From the NCBI GenBank assembly GCA_006218065.1, contig VBWE01000005.1:50336-114335 (forward strand): 64,000 nucleotides of DNA, read 5' to 3'. The notes under the pieces are model-generated. The model was not told where the DNA came from. It worked only from the letters and a program-made list of their open reading frames with translations, and did not search any database. Shown one piece after another: positions 28,296-36,463 of this stretch; positions within the stretch are counted from its first letter, which is position 1, and the number at the start of each line of letters is the position of its first letter. A program made the position numbers and the translations under genes. This DNA is from Bacteroidota bacterium. Lineage in GTDB: Bacteria > Bacteroidota > Bacteroidia > Palsa-965.

Positions 28296-29000
28296 TTACA
28301 GCATCCCGGCGTCCGAAAAGCTGAAATATTCGTGATCGGTGATAATGAGGTGATCTACGACGTTGATTTCGAGCATCCGGCCGCAGTTGACAAGCTGGCG
28401 TGTGATGTTGCAATCCTGGGAACTGGGCTGGCAGTTTCCGGAGGGATGATTATGGCAAAGCACCAGCCCGCAGGCCATGTGATCAAGTGCTACGCGGAAA
28501 ACCAGTTTGGGATCGACCACTGTGCTGGTTACTCCGCCTTTGCTGATTTGCTGCTTTTTAATGACATAATTGGCGCGATTGAGCAGGACAACCCAGAATT
28601 CTTCGTGACCGAGATCGGATAAAAAAGGCCGGGAAAAATGGTAGAGATCAGTGCTGCTCAGCATACGGGGTTTGCGCCCGGGGTTATCGGAGACCACATT
28701 TCGCCGGCGCCCGAGCTCAAAACCGGATATGATACTGAGCGCTTTGGCTTTCCCGATTCCTTTTATGCGGGTGAGTTCATCAATGCCCCAGCGGGCGAGT
28801 TCGTCAATGCTGCCGGCTTGCTGTAAAATGAGCCTGGCCAGTTCGACTGCGGATTCGTTTTTTGTGCCGGAACGTATTAAAATGGCTATGAGTTCTGCAT
28901 CCGATAATGCCTGCCGGCCTTTGAGCATGAGCTTCTCACGCGGCCTGTCGTCTTCTGCCCAGTTTTTTATATTCAACCCGTTTCTCATCCCCACAAACAT
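28296..29000 (-). CDS. radC: RadC-family JAB-domain protein
   Basis: 234 aa with an N-terminal HhH region (DAELIAILIRSGT, LTRIKGIGKAKA) and the JAMM motif HNHPSGN. Confidence 0.9.
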   Translation of the reverse strand: MFVGMRNGLNIKNWAEDDRPREKLMLKGRQALSDAELIAILIRSGTKNESAVELARLILQQAGSIDELARWGIDELTRIKGIGKAKALSIISGFELGRRRNVVSDNPGRKPRMLSSTDLYHFSRPFLSDLGHEEFWVVLLNRANYVIKKQQISKGGVTSTVVDPKLVFRVALDHMACGLVLCHNHPSGNCQPSSQDCNITRQLVNCGRMLEINVVDHLIITDHEYFSFSDAGML

Positions 29001-29150
29001 ACAACACCTTTATCCTTTCAAAACAAATTTCCACCACTTTTAACTAAAATTTTAATAAAAAAAACAAATTACTTTATATATAATATAGTATTCATTAATT
29101 ATACGTACTATATATTATATAGTACTACCTTTTTCCCGGGCATGCTGCAA

Positions 29151-29185
29151 ATGAAAAGCCGTTCCCATACGCAGATGAGAACGGC
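29151..29185 (-). terminator. Rho-independent terminator of rpsT (minus strand)
   Basis: Stem gccgttc/gaacggc (29158-29164 and 29179-29185), followed on the minus strand by TTTTC. Confidence 0.6.
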
Positions 29186-29206
29186 CGTCAGAAAAAAAGC
29201 TATGGT

Positions 29207-29464
29207 TTATTTCCCGAGCTTAGCCACCTGTTTCATGACTTTAGACTTCAGGTTGGACGCTTTGTTCTTGTGGATTACCTTGTTCTTTGCCAGTTTATCA
29301 AGCATCGATACAATCTTGGGCAATTCTTTCGCTGCAGCCTTCTGATCTTTCTCATCGCGAAGCTTTTTCAAAGCGGTACGGGCTGTTTTCGCCTGGTAGC
29401 GGTTGCGTGTACGCTTGCTGTCGGTTGAACGGATGCGCTTCTGTGCTGATTTGTGATTAGCCAT
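29207..29464 (-). CDS. rpsT: 30S ribosomal protein S20
   Basis: 85 aa. MANHKSAQKRIRSTDSKRTRNRY is the classic S20 N-terminus. Confidence 0.95.
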   Translation of the reverse strand: MANHKSAQKRIRSTDSKRTRNRYQAKTARTALKKLRDEKDQKAAAKELPKIVSMLDKLAKNKVIHKNKASNLKSKVMKQVAKLGK

Positions 29465-29534
29465 TGATGTTTTTTTATTTTTGAGGGGGCAAATATACGT
29501 ATTTTCTCTTTTACATCAAACTTATACCGATCAC

Positions 29535-30569
29535 GTGTCCGAATCATTGTCCATTACGGAGTTCCTGGCGCAATCAGCAGCAGTTCCGCTCATTGATGTC
29601 CGATCCCCGAAAGAGTTCGCCCAGGGACATATTCCGGGCGCCGTGAACATTCCGCTGTTCGATGACGACGAGCGTGCCCGGGTCGGAACAACCTACAAAC
29701 AAAAAGGAAGCAATACCGCGCTGCTCGAAGGGCTCGACATCGTCGGTCCCAAAATGAGCGGTTTTGTCCGCCAGGCTCAGAAAATCGCAGCCGGCGGAAA
29801 AATTCTTGTGCATTGCTGGCGCGGAGGCATGCGCAGTTCTTCCTTTGCCTGGCTGCTGAACTCCGCAGGCATGCAGGCCTTCGTTCTTCGCGGAGGTTAT
29901 AAAACGTACCGCAACCATGTTATTTCCGGCTTTTCGGCCCGGTTCCGGCTCCTCATAGTGGGCGGGGAAACCGGCAGCGGGAAAACCGAAATAATCAGCC
30001 GTATCGCCGCTGCTGGTGAACAAGTGATCGATATCGAAGCCATAGCGAAACACCGCGGCTCGGCATTCGGTGCGCTCGGCCAGGATTTGCAGCCAGGCGT
30101 GGAGCAATTTGAAAACGACCTGTTTGCCGCTTTTGCGAAACTCGATTACAACCGGACCATCTGGCTCGAAGACGAATCGCGGAGCATCGGGCGTGTATTC
30201 ATACCGGCCGCCTTATGGGAACAAATGGAACATGCGCCCGTTTTCAGGATCCGCATTCCGCAGGAAATCCGGTTGAAAAGGCTGCTCCGCGAATACGGCA
30301 CTTTTGCCGTGCAGGACCTGGAAGCCTCCGTAATGAAGATCCGGAAAAGGCTCGGCGATATGGCCGCACGCGAAGCCGTTGATGCGCTGCACCAGGGAAA
30401 CCTGGAAGAAACCGCGCGGATTGCACTCACTTATTACGATAAAGCATACGATCATATGCACGCCCGGAAGAAATATGAAAACGTATTTTTCTGCGACAGC
30501 GCAACTGACGATGCACAGGTAAATGCAAATAATATTCTTAAGCTTGCGGCAGAAACCGGGACAGCATAA
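29535..30569 (+). CDS. selU: tRNA 2-selenouridine synthase
   Basis: The track ORF starts at 29481, only 16 nt from the divergent rpsT start. GTG at 29535 (VSESLSITEFL..PLIDVRSPKEFAQGHIPGAVN) fits the rhodanese-domain N-terminus. The rhodanese Cys is in VHCWRGGMRS and the P-loop is GGETGSGKT. Confidence 0.88.
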   Translation: MSESLSITEFLAQSAAVPLIDVRSPKEFAQGHIPGAVNIPLFDDDERARVGTTYKQKGSNTALLEGLDIVGPKMSGFVRQAQKIAAGGKILVHCWRGGMRSSSFAWLLNSAGMQAFVLRGGYKTYRNHVISGFSARFRLLIVGGETGSGKTEIISRIAAAGEQVIDIEAIAKHRGSAFGALGQDLQPGVEQFENDLFAAFAKLDYNRTIWLEDESRSIGRVFIPAALWEQMEHAPVFRIRIPQEIRLKRLLREYGTFAVQDLEASVMKIRKRLGDMAAREAVDALHQGNLEETARIALTYYDKAYDHMHARKKYENVFFCDSATDDAQVNANNILKLAAETGTA

Positions 30570-30584
30570 AAACAGGAGAACAGC

Positions 30585-31631
30585 ATGGAAGAGAAAACCG
30601 AAACAATTCGCCTTACCCAGTTCAGCCACGGTGCCGGCTGCGGATGCAAAATCGCCCCGGCTGTGCTCGACAGTATGCTCAAAAGCAACCTGGAACCGCA
30701 GCACGATCCCCGGCTCCTCGTAGGTCACGATAAAAAAGACGACGCAGCTGTTTATGATCTCGGCAACGGGAAAGCAATAATCAGTACGACCGATTTTTTT
30801 ATGCCGATCGTGGATGATGCGTTCGACTTCGGCAGGATTGCTTCTGTTAATGCGATCAGCGATATATATGCCATGGGCGGACGGCCGCTGGTTGCCATTG
30901 CTGTACTCGGCTGGCCGGTAAATACCGTACCGGTTGAACTCGCGAACCGCGTGCTGGAAGGAAGCCGGACAGTTTGCCGGGAAGCAGGGATTGCCCTTGC
31001 CGGAGGGCACAGTATCGACAACCAGGAGCCGCTTTTCGGCCTCGCCGTAACCGGGGAAGTGGAAATAAAAAATCTGAAACAGAATTCGACTGCTCGAAAA
31101 GGCTGCAGGCTTTTTCTCACCAAACCGCTCGGTGTAGGCATTATCACGACTGCGCAGAAAAAAGGACTGGTCAGTACAACCGACTACCTGCAGGCCGTAA
31201 ACAGTATGCTTAAACTGAATAAAGCCGGCGAAGTTTTCGGGAAACTGGACTATGTGCGGGCGCTGACGGATGTTACGGGCTTCGGCCTGCTGGGGCACCT
31301 GGGTGAAATGTGTGAAGGAAGTAATCTTTTCGCCGTGGTTGAATTTTCGAAAGTGCCGCGCCTGGATAACCTGGACTATTATATTGAACAAAAATGTATC
31401 CCGGGCGGAACGAAGAGAAACTGGGACAGTTACGGAAGCACCGTTTCCGGGATTGACGATTACCGGAAAAGCATCCTGTGCGATCCGCAAACCAGCGGCG
31501 GACTGCTTGTGGCGGTGGACGAAAGCGCGGCGGCTGAATTCAAAAACCAATGCAGCATGCTTGGCCTGGAATCAGAATCACTGGGATACCTTACGGATGC
31601 CGGCGAGTACCGGATCACTGTAACGGGTTGA
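30585..31631 (+). CDS. selD: Selenide, water dikinase (Cys form)
   Basis: 348 aa with the glycine-rich N-terminus FSHGAGCGCKIAP. The relevant codons are TGC, not TGA. Confidence 0.93.
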   Translation: MEEKTETIRLTQFSHGAGCGCKIAPAVLDSMLKSNLEPQHDPRLLVGHDKKDDAAVYDLGNGKAIISTTDFFMPIVDDAFDFGRIASVNAISDIYAMGGRPLVAIAVLGWPVNTVPVELANRVLEGSRTVCREAGIALAGGHSIDNQEPLFGLAVTGEVEIKNLKQNSTARKGCRLFLTKPLGVGIITTAQKKGLVSTTDYLQAVNSMLKLNKAGEVFGKLDYVRALTDVTGFGLLGHLGEMCEGSNLFAVVEFSKVPRLDNLDYYIEQKCIPGGTKRNWDSYGSTVSGIDDYRKSILCDPQTSGGLLVAVDESAAAEFKNQCSMLGLESESLGYLTDAGEYRITVTG

Positions 31632-31680
31632 ACAATTAGCGACCTGGCTTGTTTTAGCCTACTCCGATATACCCGTAAAT

Positions 31681-32580
31681 ATGCCCGCGAAGTACACCAT
31701 ACGCGATCTTGAACGTCTTTCAGGAATAAAGGCCCATACCCTGCGCGTATGGGAGCAGCGCTATGGCATTCTTGTCCCTGAACGCACAGCCACCAATATC
31801 CGCTGGTACTGTGCCGATGAACTGAAAAAACTGCTCAACATCAGCATGCTCAACAACCACGGGCTGAAAATTTCGCGCATTGCACAAATGAGCCCCGAAG
31901 AAATTGCGCGCCAGGTTGCGGAACTGATCGATAAGGAAGGCGTCGATTCTGAGCATGTCACCACCATGATCATCGCCATGATCGAACTGGACGAGGCCCG
32001 CTTCGAGAAAATTTTCGCCGGCTGCGTGCTGCGCCAGGGTTTCGAGAGCACGGTCATCCACATCATTCTTCCCCTGCTCCGGAAAGTCAGCATCATGTGG
32101 CAAACAGGATCGATCAACCGCGCCCAGGAACATTTCATTTCCAACCTGATCCGTCAGAAAATCGTAGTCGCTATCGACGGGTGCCTGAGCCGCCCCAGTC
32201 CTGATGCACAGCGTTTCCTGCTTTTCCTTCCGAACGGTGAAATGCAGGAACTGCACCTGCTTTTTTATCATTATATGATCAAAAACCGCGGGCACCATGT
32301 AATTTACCTGGGACAATCCGTTCCGTTCGATGATATCGCTGCCAGCAATGAAATACAAAAGGCGGATATTTTACTCACCGTAATTACAGGAGAACCCAAG
32401 GAAATCGGGACAAAAGGCTATCTCGAAAGGCTCCACAAAACGTTTATGAATCACCATATCCTGCTCTCGGGACACCGGATCATCAACAAACACCCCGAAA
32501 TTCCCGAAAACATGCAGGTTTTTCATGGCCCCGAGCAATTACAGGCTATTATCGAACAACTGGATAAGCCGGGAAACTAA
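31681..32580 (+). CDS. MerR-family transcriptional regulator with a C-terminal B12-binding-like domain (CarH/LitR-like architecture)
   Basis: 299 aa. The N-terminal MerR HTH is YTIRDLERLSGIKAHTLRVWEQRYG. The C-terminal Rossmann-like part has a degenerate ExHxxG position (ELHLLF). Confidence 0.8.
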   Translation: MPAKYTIRDLERLSGIKAHTLRVWEQRYGILVPERTATNIRWYCADELKKLLNISMLNNHGLKISRIAQMSPEEIARQVAELIDKEGVDSEHVTTMIIAMIELDEARFEKIFAGCVLRQGFESTVIHIILPLLRKVSIMWQTGSINRAQEHFISNLIRQKIVVAIDGCLSRPSPDAQRFLLFLPNGEMQELHLLFYHYMIKNRGHHVIYLGQSVPFDDIAASNEIQKADILLTVITGEPKEIGTKGYLERLHKTFMNHHILLSGHRIINKHPEIPENMQVFHGPEQLQAIIEQLDKPGN

Positions 32581-32695
32581 GCACATCTTTTCACTTATTC
32601 TTTTTCAAAGCCCTGATAATCAGGGTTAAGGCTATTTTGTTTAATTGTTGATAAAAATCATTACACAGAAATTTGGATTTTGTTTAACGAGTGTA

Positions 32696-32703
32696 TATTT
32701 TTG
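32696..32703 (+). promoter_or_regulatory. Bacteroidota-type -7 promoter box (TAnnTTTG)
   Basis: TATTTTTG at 32696-32703, with a TTG at 32672-32674 (21-nt spacing). It lies 23 nt upstream of the ATG at 32726. Confidence 0.5.
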
Positions 32704-32725
32704 CTTCAACAAACAAATCACCACC

Positions 32726-33232
32726 ATGACTACCATAGAATTCAACACCCAGCTGATTGCCCAAGGCCAGTCGCTGAAAAATTTTGCGCTCAGCCTCACC
32801 GCGAATAACGATGATGCCCAGGACCTGCTCCAGGAAACTTACCTGAAAGCATTGGTTAACAAAGATAAATTTGCCGAATCGACCAACCTGAAAGCCTGGT
32901 TATACATGATTATGAAAAACACGTTCATAAACACGTACCGGAGAGCCGTTAAAACCCGCGAAATCCTTGCAAAAACAAAGGATTACTCCTCGCCTGCCCT
33001 CGCCAAGAACTACCAGAAGAACACGGCCGAGTCGGAGATGCATCAGAAGGAAATCAATTCCGCGATCAACGGCCTGGAAAAAGACTACCAGGTTCCTTTC
33101 AAGCGTTTTTTCGACGGATTTAAGTATAAAGAAATCGCCGAAGAACTCGATTTGCCCATCGGCACCGTTAAAAGCAGGATTTTCATCGCACGCAAAAAGC
33201 TGATGTCTTCTTTGAAGGATTACGAGAACTAA
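32726..33232 (+). CDS. ECF-type RNA polymerase sigma-70 family factor
   Basis: The track ORF starts at 32645. The ATG at 32726 lies behind the -7 box. Region 2 is [13 protein letters not shown] and region 4 is [26 protein letters not shown]. Confidence 0.85.
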   Translation: MTTIEFNTQLIAQGQSLKNFALSLTANNDDAQDLLQETYLKALVNKDKFAESTNLKAWLYMIMKNTFINTYRRAVKTREILAKTKDYSSPALAKNYQKNTAESEMHQKEINSAINGLEKDYQVPFKRFFDGFKYKEIAEELDLPIGTVKSRIFIARKKLMSSLKDYEN

Positions 33233-33256
33233 TTTTCGTTAATCAAACATTAAACA

Positions 33257-33287
33257 AAAGGCTTTCTTACGAAAGCCTTTTGTTTTT
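33257..33287 (+). terminator. Rho-independent terminator
   Basis: Stem aaaaggctttc/gaaagcctttt with loop ttac, followed by a T-run. Confidence 0.8.
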
Positions 33288-33324
33288 AATCAAAATACGA
33301 CCGATCCCTTATTATATTTGGCTT

Positions 33325-34074
33325 ATGATCCGTGCCGTTATTATAGACGATGCTCCCGATGCACGTCAAAGTCTTGCCGATGATATCGAAAAACACTGCC
33401 CGCAGGTAAATGTGGTTGCCGAAGCAGAAAGTGTGGCTTCGGGAATAAAAGCCATTCAGCAATTCCAGCCGGAACTTGTTTTCCTGGATATCCAGCTCGG
33501 CGATGGTACCGGTTTCGATATGCTGGAGCAGATCGGCAACACAACGGCAAAAGTGATTTTTACTACCGGCCTGGATAACCAGGGCATCCGCGCAATCAAA
33601 TTCAGCGCGCTGGATTACCTGCTGAAACCCGTTGACCCGGACGAACTGGTGGCGGCAGTTGAAAAAATGAAAAGCGCACAGACTTCCGGCGGCGCACTGG
33701 AAAGCCTCCGCCTGCTCACCGAAAACCTGCGGCAGTCGCAGCAAAGTCCGAAACGCATCGCACTCAACAGCGCCGACCGGGTACACGTGGTACAGGTAAG
33801 TGAAATCATCCGCTGCACGTCCGAGCGCAATTACACGATCTTCTTTATAAAAGGAGGAAAACAAATCGTGGTAACGCGTACGCTGAAGGAATACGAAGAA
33901 ATGCTCGAACCATCCGGCTTTGTGCGTGTTCACCACTCGCACCTGATCAACCTCGAACACCTGCGCGAATTTGTAAAAGCCGATGGCGGCTATGCCCTGA
34001 TGAACGACGGTTCACACGTCCCCGTTTCCGTCCGCAAACGTGAAGAGCTGATGAAAGCGCTCGGTCTCGATTAA
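33325..34074 (+). CDS. LytTR-family response regulator (no cognate kinase adjacent)
   Basis: The ATG at 33325 gives MIRAVIIDDAPDA. The receiver Asp is in LVFLDIQL, and a C-terminal LytTR domain is present (FVRVHHSHLINLEHL). Confidence 0.88.
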   Translation: MIRAVIIDDAPDARQSLADDIEKHCPQVNVVAEAESVASGIKAIQQFQPELVFLDIQLGDGTGFDMLEQIGNTTAKVIFTTGLDNQGIRAIKFSALDYLLKPVDPDELVAAVEKMKSAQTSGGALESLRLLTENLRQSQQSPKRIALNSADRVHVVQVSEIIRCTSERNYTIFFIKGGKQIVVTRTLKEYEEMLEPSGFVRVHHSHLINLEHLREFVKADGGYALMNDGSHVPVSVRKREELMKALGLD

Positions 34075-34295
34075 AGAATTCCGTTTACACTTGTGTTTGA
34101 TTTTCTTCTGCACGATAAGCATTTCCATACGCTTATTCGAAACGCCTGCTTTATAACGTAAGGTGAAATTACTTTCGGATCATGTTTCATGATTTGTAGT
34201 AGTTCTGGTGTTCCCCATGTTCCCGGCTTTGTCGCGAGATGAATCCGGGGCATGGCGGAAAATTGTAAAAGCAAATTCGCAAAAACCCTTCATAC

Positions 34296-34949
34296 ATGAT
34301 CCGCTTAACTATCATACTCTGCAGCGCAGGTGCATTGACGCTTCTTGTTTTCGGCATCGTACACAAATCCGGCAAGCAAAGCGAACAGGAATGGTTCGAA
34401 AGTCTCATCGGCCGGCAAGCGCTCGATTCGGCACGGCTGGCCGATTCCATGATCGTTGCAGAAGAGGCCGCAGCTCTCGCAACAGCCGAAGCAGCAGCAA
34501 CCGACGAAACAGTTAATCCCACACACGCACTGGCCGATTTCAACGGAGATCATAAAACGGATTCCGCTTTTTCATGGAAAAATGCTGCGGGCGGCGACAG
34601 TTCTTTATTCGTACGCTTCACCGGTTGTGTTCCTTCGCTGTACATCGACAAGCGATATCGCGGCATCGTCGCCATTCAGTCACCGGGTGATATCGACGAG
34701 GACGGCAAAGCGGAAATTTTCGTCGTGCCGCAACCGGGCAGCAACTGCGAGGCGGAAGCCGGGCTTTATACTTTCAAGGAAAACCGCTGGAGCCTGGTGG
34801 AATCGGTACCTGCGTATGCCTGCGACAGTAAACACAATTACGCGAGCAAAATAAATCTCAACCAGTACTCGATTCATTTTTATGCGTCCGATTCCTGGTC
34901 GCGGGAAAAAACCGGCGAGATGACACCGGTCACAGTTGTCGCGCGTTGA
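34296..34949 (+). CDS. Hypothetical membrane-anchored protein with an FG-GAP/VCBS-like segment
   Basis: 217 aa with an N-terminal TM helix LTIILCSAGALTLLVFGIV, followed by DFNGDHKTD and GDIDEDGKAEIFV. Confidence 0.5.
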   Translation: MIRLTIILCSAGALTLLVFGIVHKSGKQSEQEWFESLIGRQALDSARLADSMIVAEEAAALATAEAAATDETVNPTHALADFNGDHKTDSAFSWKNAAGGDSSLFVRFTGCVPSLYIDKRYRGIVAIQSPGDIDEDGKAEIFVVPQPGSNCEAEAGLYTFKENRWSLVESVPAYACDSKHNYASKINLNQYSIHFYASDSWSREKTGEMTPVTVVAR

Positions 34950-35034
34950 ACAACTGATATTCAATGAAGGTGACCAATTATCCCGTTTGGGTCGAATAAA
35001 AAAATGCGCGAACCTACTTTTGAAAAAAAACACC

Positions 35035-36381
35035 ATGAAAAACCTCGCCCTGCTTCCTTTGTTCGCACTGCCTGTGCTGCTTTCGTGCAACGGGGAAGAA
35101 AAAAAAGAAACGAAACTGCTTGCCGATGCCGGAGCACCCGTGTTCGACAGCCTGCTGATTATCCGGGATACTGCCGACGCCAATCTCTTCAAACATAACG
35201 AAGCGAGCGTCGGTGTTTTCAGGGAACTGTACCGCGATCTCAGCGCAGCGGCAAAACTCGACAAACCCTTACGCATATTGCACTACGGCGATTCGCAGAT
35301 TGAAGCCGACCGCATAACCGGGGCTTTCCGGAATAAAGTCCAGGAGCGCTTCGGCGGATTCGGTGCAGGACTGCTTCCCGTTTCAGAAGTATCCGAAGCG
35401 CGGGTAAATGTAATCCGTGAGTACTCGGACAATTGGGAGCATTATGACCTCCGGCTGAAAAAAAATAAAGAGGTCCCCGACAACTGTTTCGGATATGCCT
35501 GCACCGTACATCGTTTTTCATCACTGGCAAAAAACGCGGGAAGCAATACGTACCTCGAATCCTGGCTGAAGCTGAAAAGCAATTCGCAGTCGCGGCTGAA
35601 TGAACGGAAAGCGGAGCACATCAGTATTTTTTACCGGAACATGTTCGACAATGCATCCTACACCATTCAAAGCGACACGGCTTTACTCGCACAGGGAGAA
35701 CTTGTGAAAAGCAATGGGTTTTCGGTAATCCGCACGAAGCTTCCCGCGACCGATCTCGGGAAACTACAGGTGACGCTGTCGGCAACACAAAGCCCGGATA
35801 TATTCGGCATTTCCCTGGATGCGGCGAACGGCGTTTCGGTCGATAATATTTCGCTCCGCGGAAGTTCCGCCATCGAGTTCACCAATATGGATACGTTGTT
35901 CCTGAGAGAACAGCTGGCCGGGATCAATGCGCGGCTGCTCATTTTCCAGTTCGGCACCAACCTGGTTCCGAACATCGTAAAAGATTACAGCTATTACGAA
36001 GAACTTTTTTACAAGCAGCTCGCCATGTTCCGGCGGATCGCTCCGAATACGGCTATCGTGGTCATCGGCGTTCCCGATATGGCGCGAAAAGTAAAAGGCA
36101 AATACGTTTCCTATCCCAATATCGAAAAAGTGCTGGCCGCACAGGAACGCGCTGCAGATCGCGCCGGCTGTGCATTCTGGAACCTGTACAAAATCATGGG
36201 CGGACAGAATGCCATGTCTACCTGGGTGAAGAACGGGCTGGCCAACAGGGATTATACACACTTCAGCAACAAGGGAGCTGAACATGTAGGCACACTTTTA
36301 TTCGATGCATTGATCAAAGATTACGAGCGTTTCAACAGGCAGGAAAAAGACCTGGGTAAAAAACAACTGGCAACACGCTAA
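35035..36381 (+). CDS. SGNH/GDSL-type hydrolase family protein (secreted)
   Basis: The ATG at 35035 gives the lipoprotein-like signal MKNLALLPLFALPVLLSC. SGNH block I is ILHYGDSQIEADRITG, and the block V-like region is DYTHFSNKGAEHVG. Confidence 0.7.
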   Translation: MKNLALLPLFALPVLLSCNGEEKKETKLLADAGAPVFDSLLIIRDTADANLFKHNEASVGVFRELYRDLSAAAKLDKPLRILHYGDSQIEADRITGAFRNKVQERFGGFGAGLLPVSEVSEARVNVIREYSDNWEHYDLRLKKNKEVPDNCFGYACTVHRFSSLAKNAGSNTYLESWLKLKSNSQSRLNERKAEHISIFYRNMFDNASYTIQSDTALLAQGELVKSNGFSVIRTKLPATDLGKLQVTLSATQSPDIFGISLDAANGVSVDNISLRGSSAIEFTNMDTLFLREQLAGINARLLIFQFGTNLVPNIVKDYSYYEELFYKQLAMFRRIAPNTAIVVIGVPDMARKVKGKYVSYPNIEKVLAAQERAADRAGCAFWNLYKIMGGQNAMSTWVKNGLANRDYTHFSNKGAEHVGTLLFDALIKDYERFNRQEKDLGKKQLATR

Positions 36382-36412
36382 CCCTGTCTTGTTGCCCTTA
36401 ATCCCAAATGAC

Positions 36413-36449
36413 AACGGCCCTTCTCGAGGAGAAGGGCCGTTGATTTTTT
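36413..36449. terminator. Terminator hairpin between convergent genes
   Basis: 13-bp stem aacggcccttctc/gagaagggccgtt followed by gatttttt. Confidence 0.8.
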
Positions 36450-36463
36450 CAAAGTATCTGTGA

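Noticed and set aside
30630-30650. Possible selenocysteine (TGA) recoding in selD
   Set aside because: The active-site codons are read directly as TGC-GGA-TGC (Cys-Gly-Cys), with no in-frame TGA.
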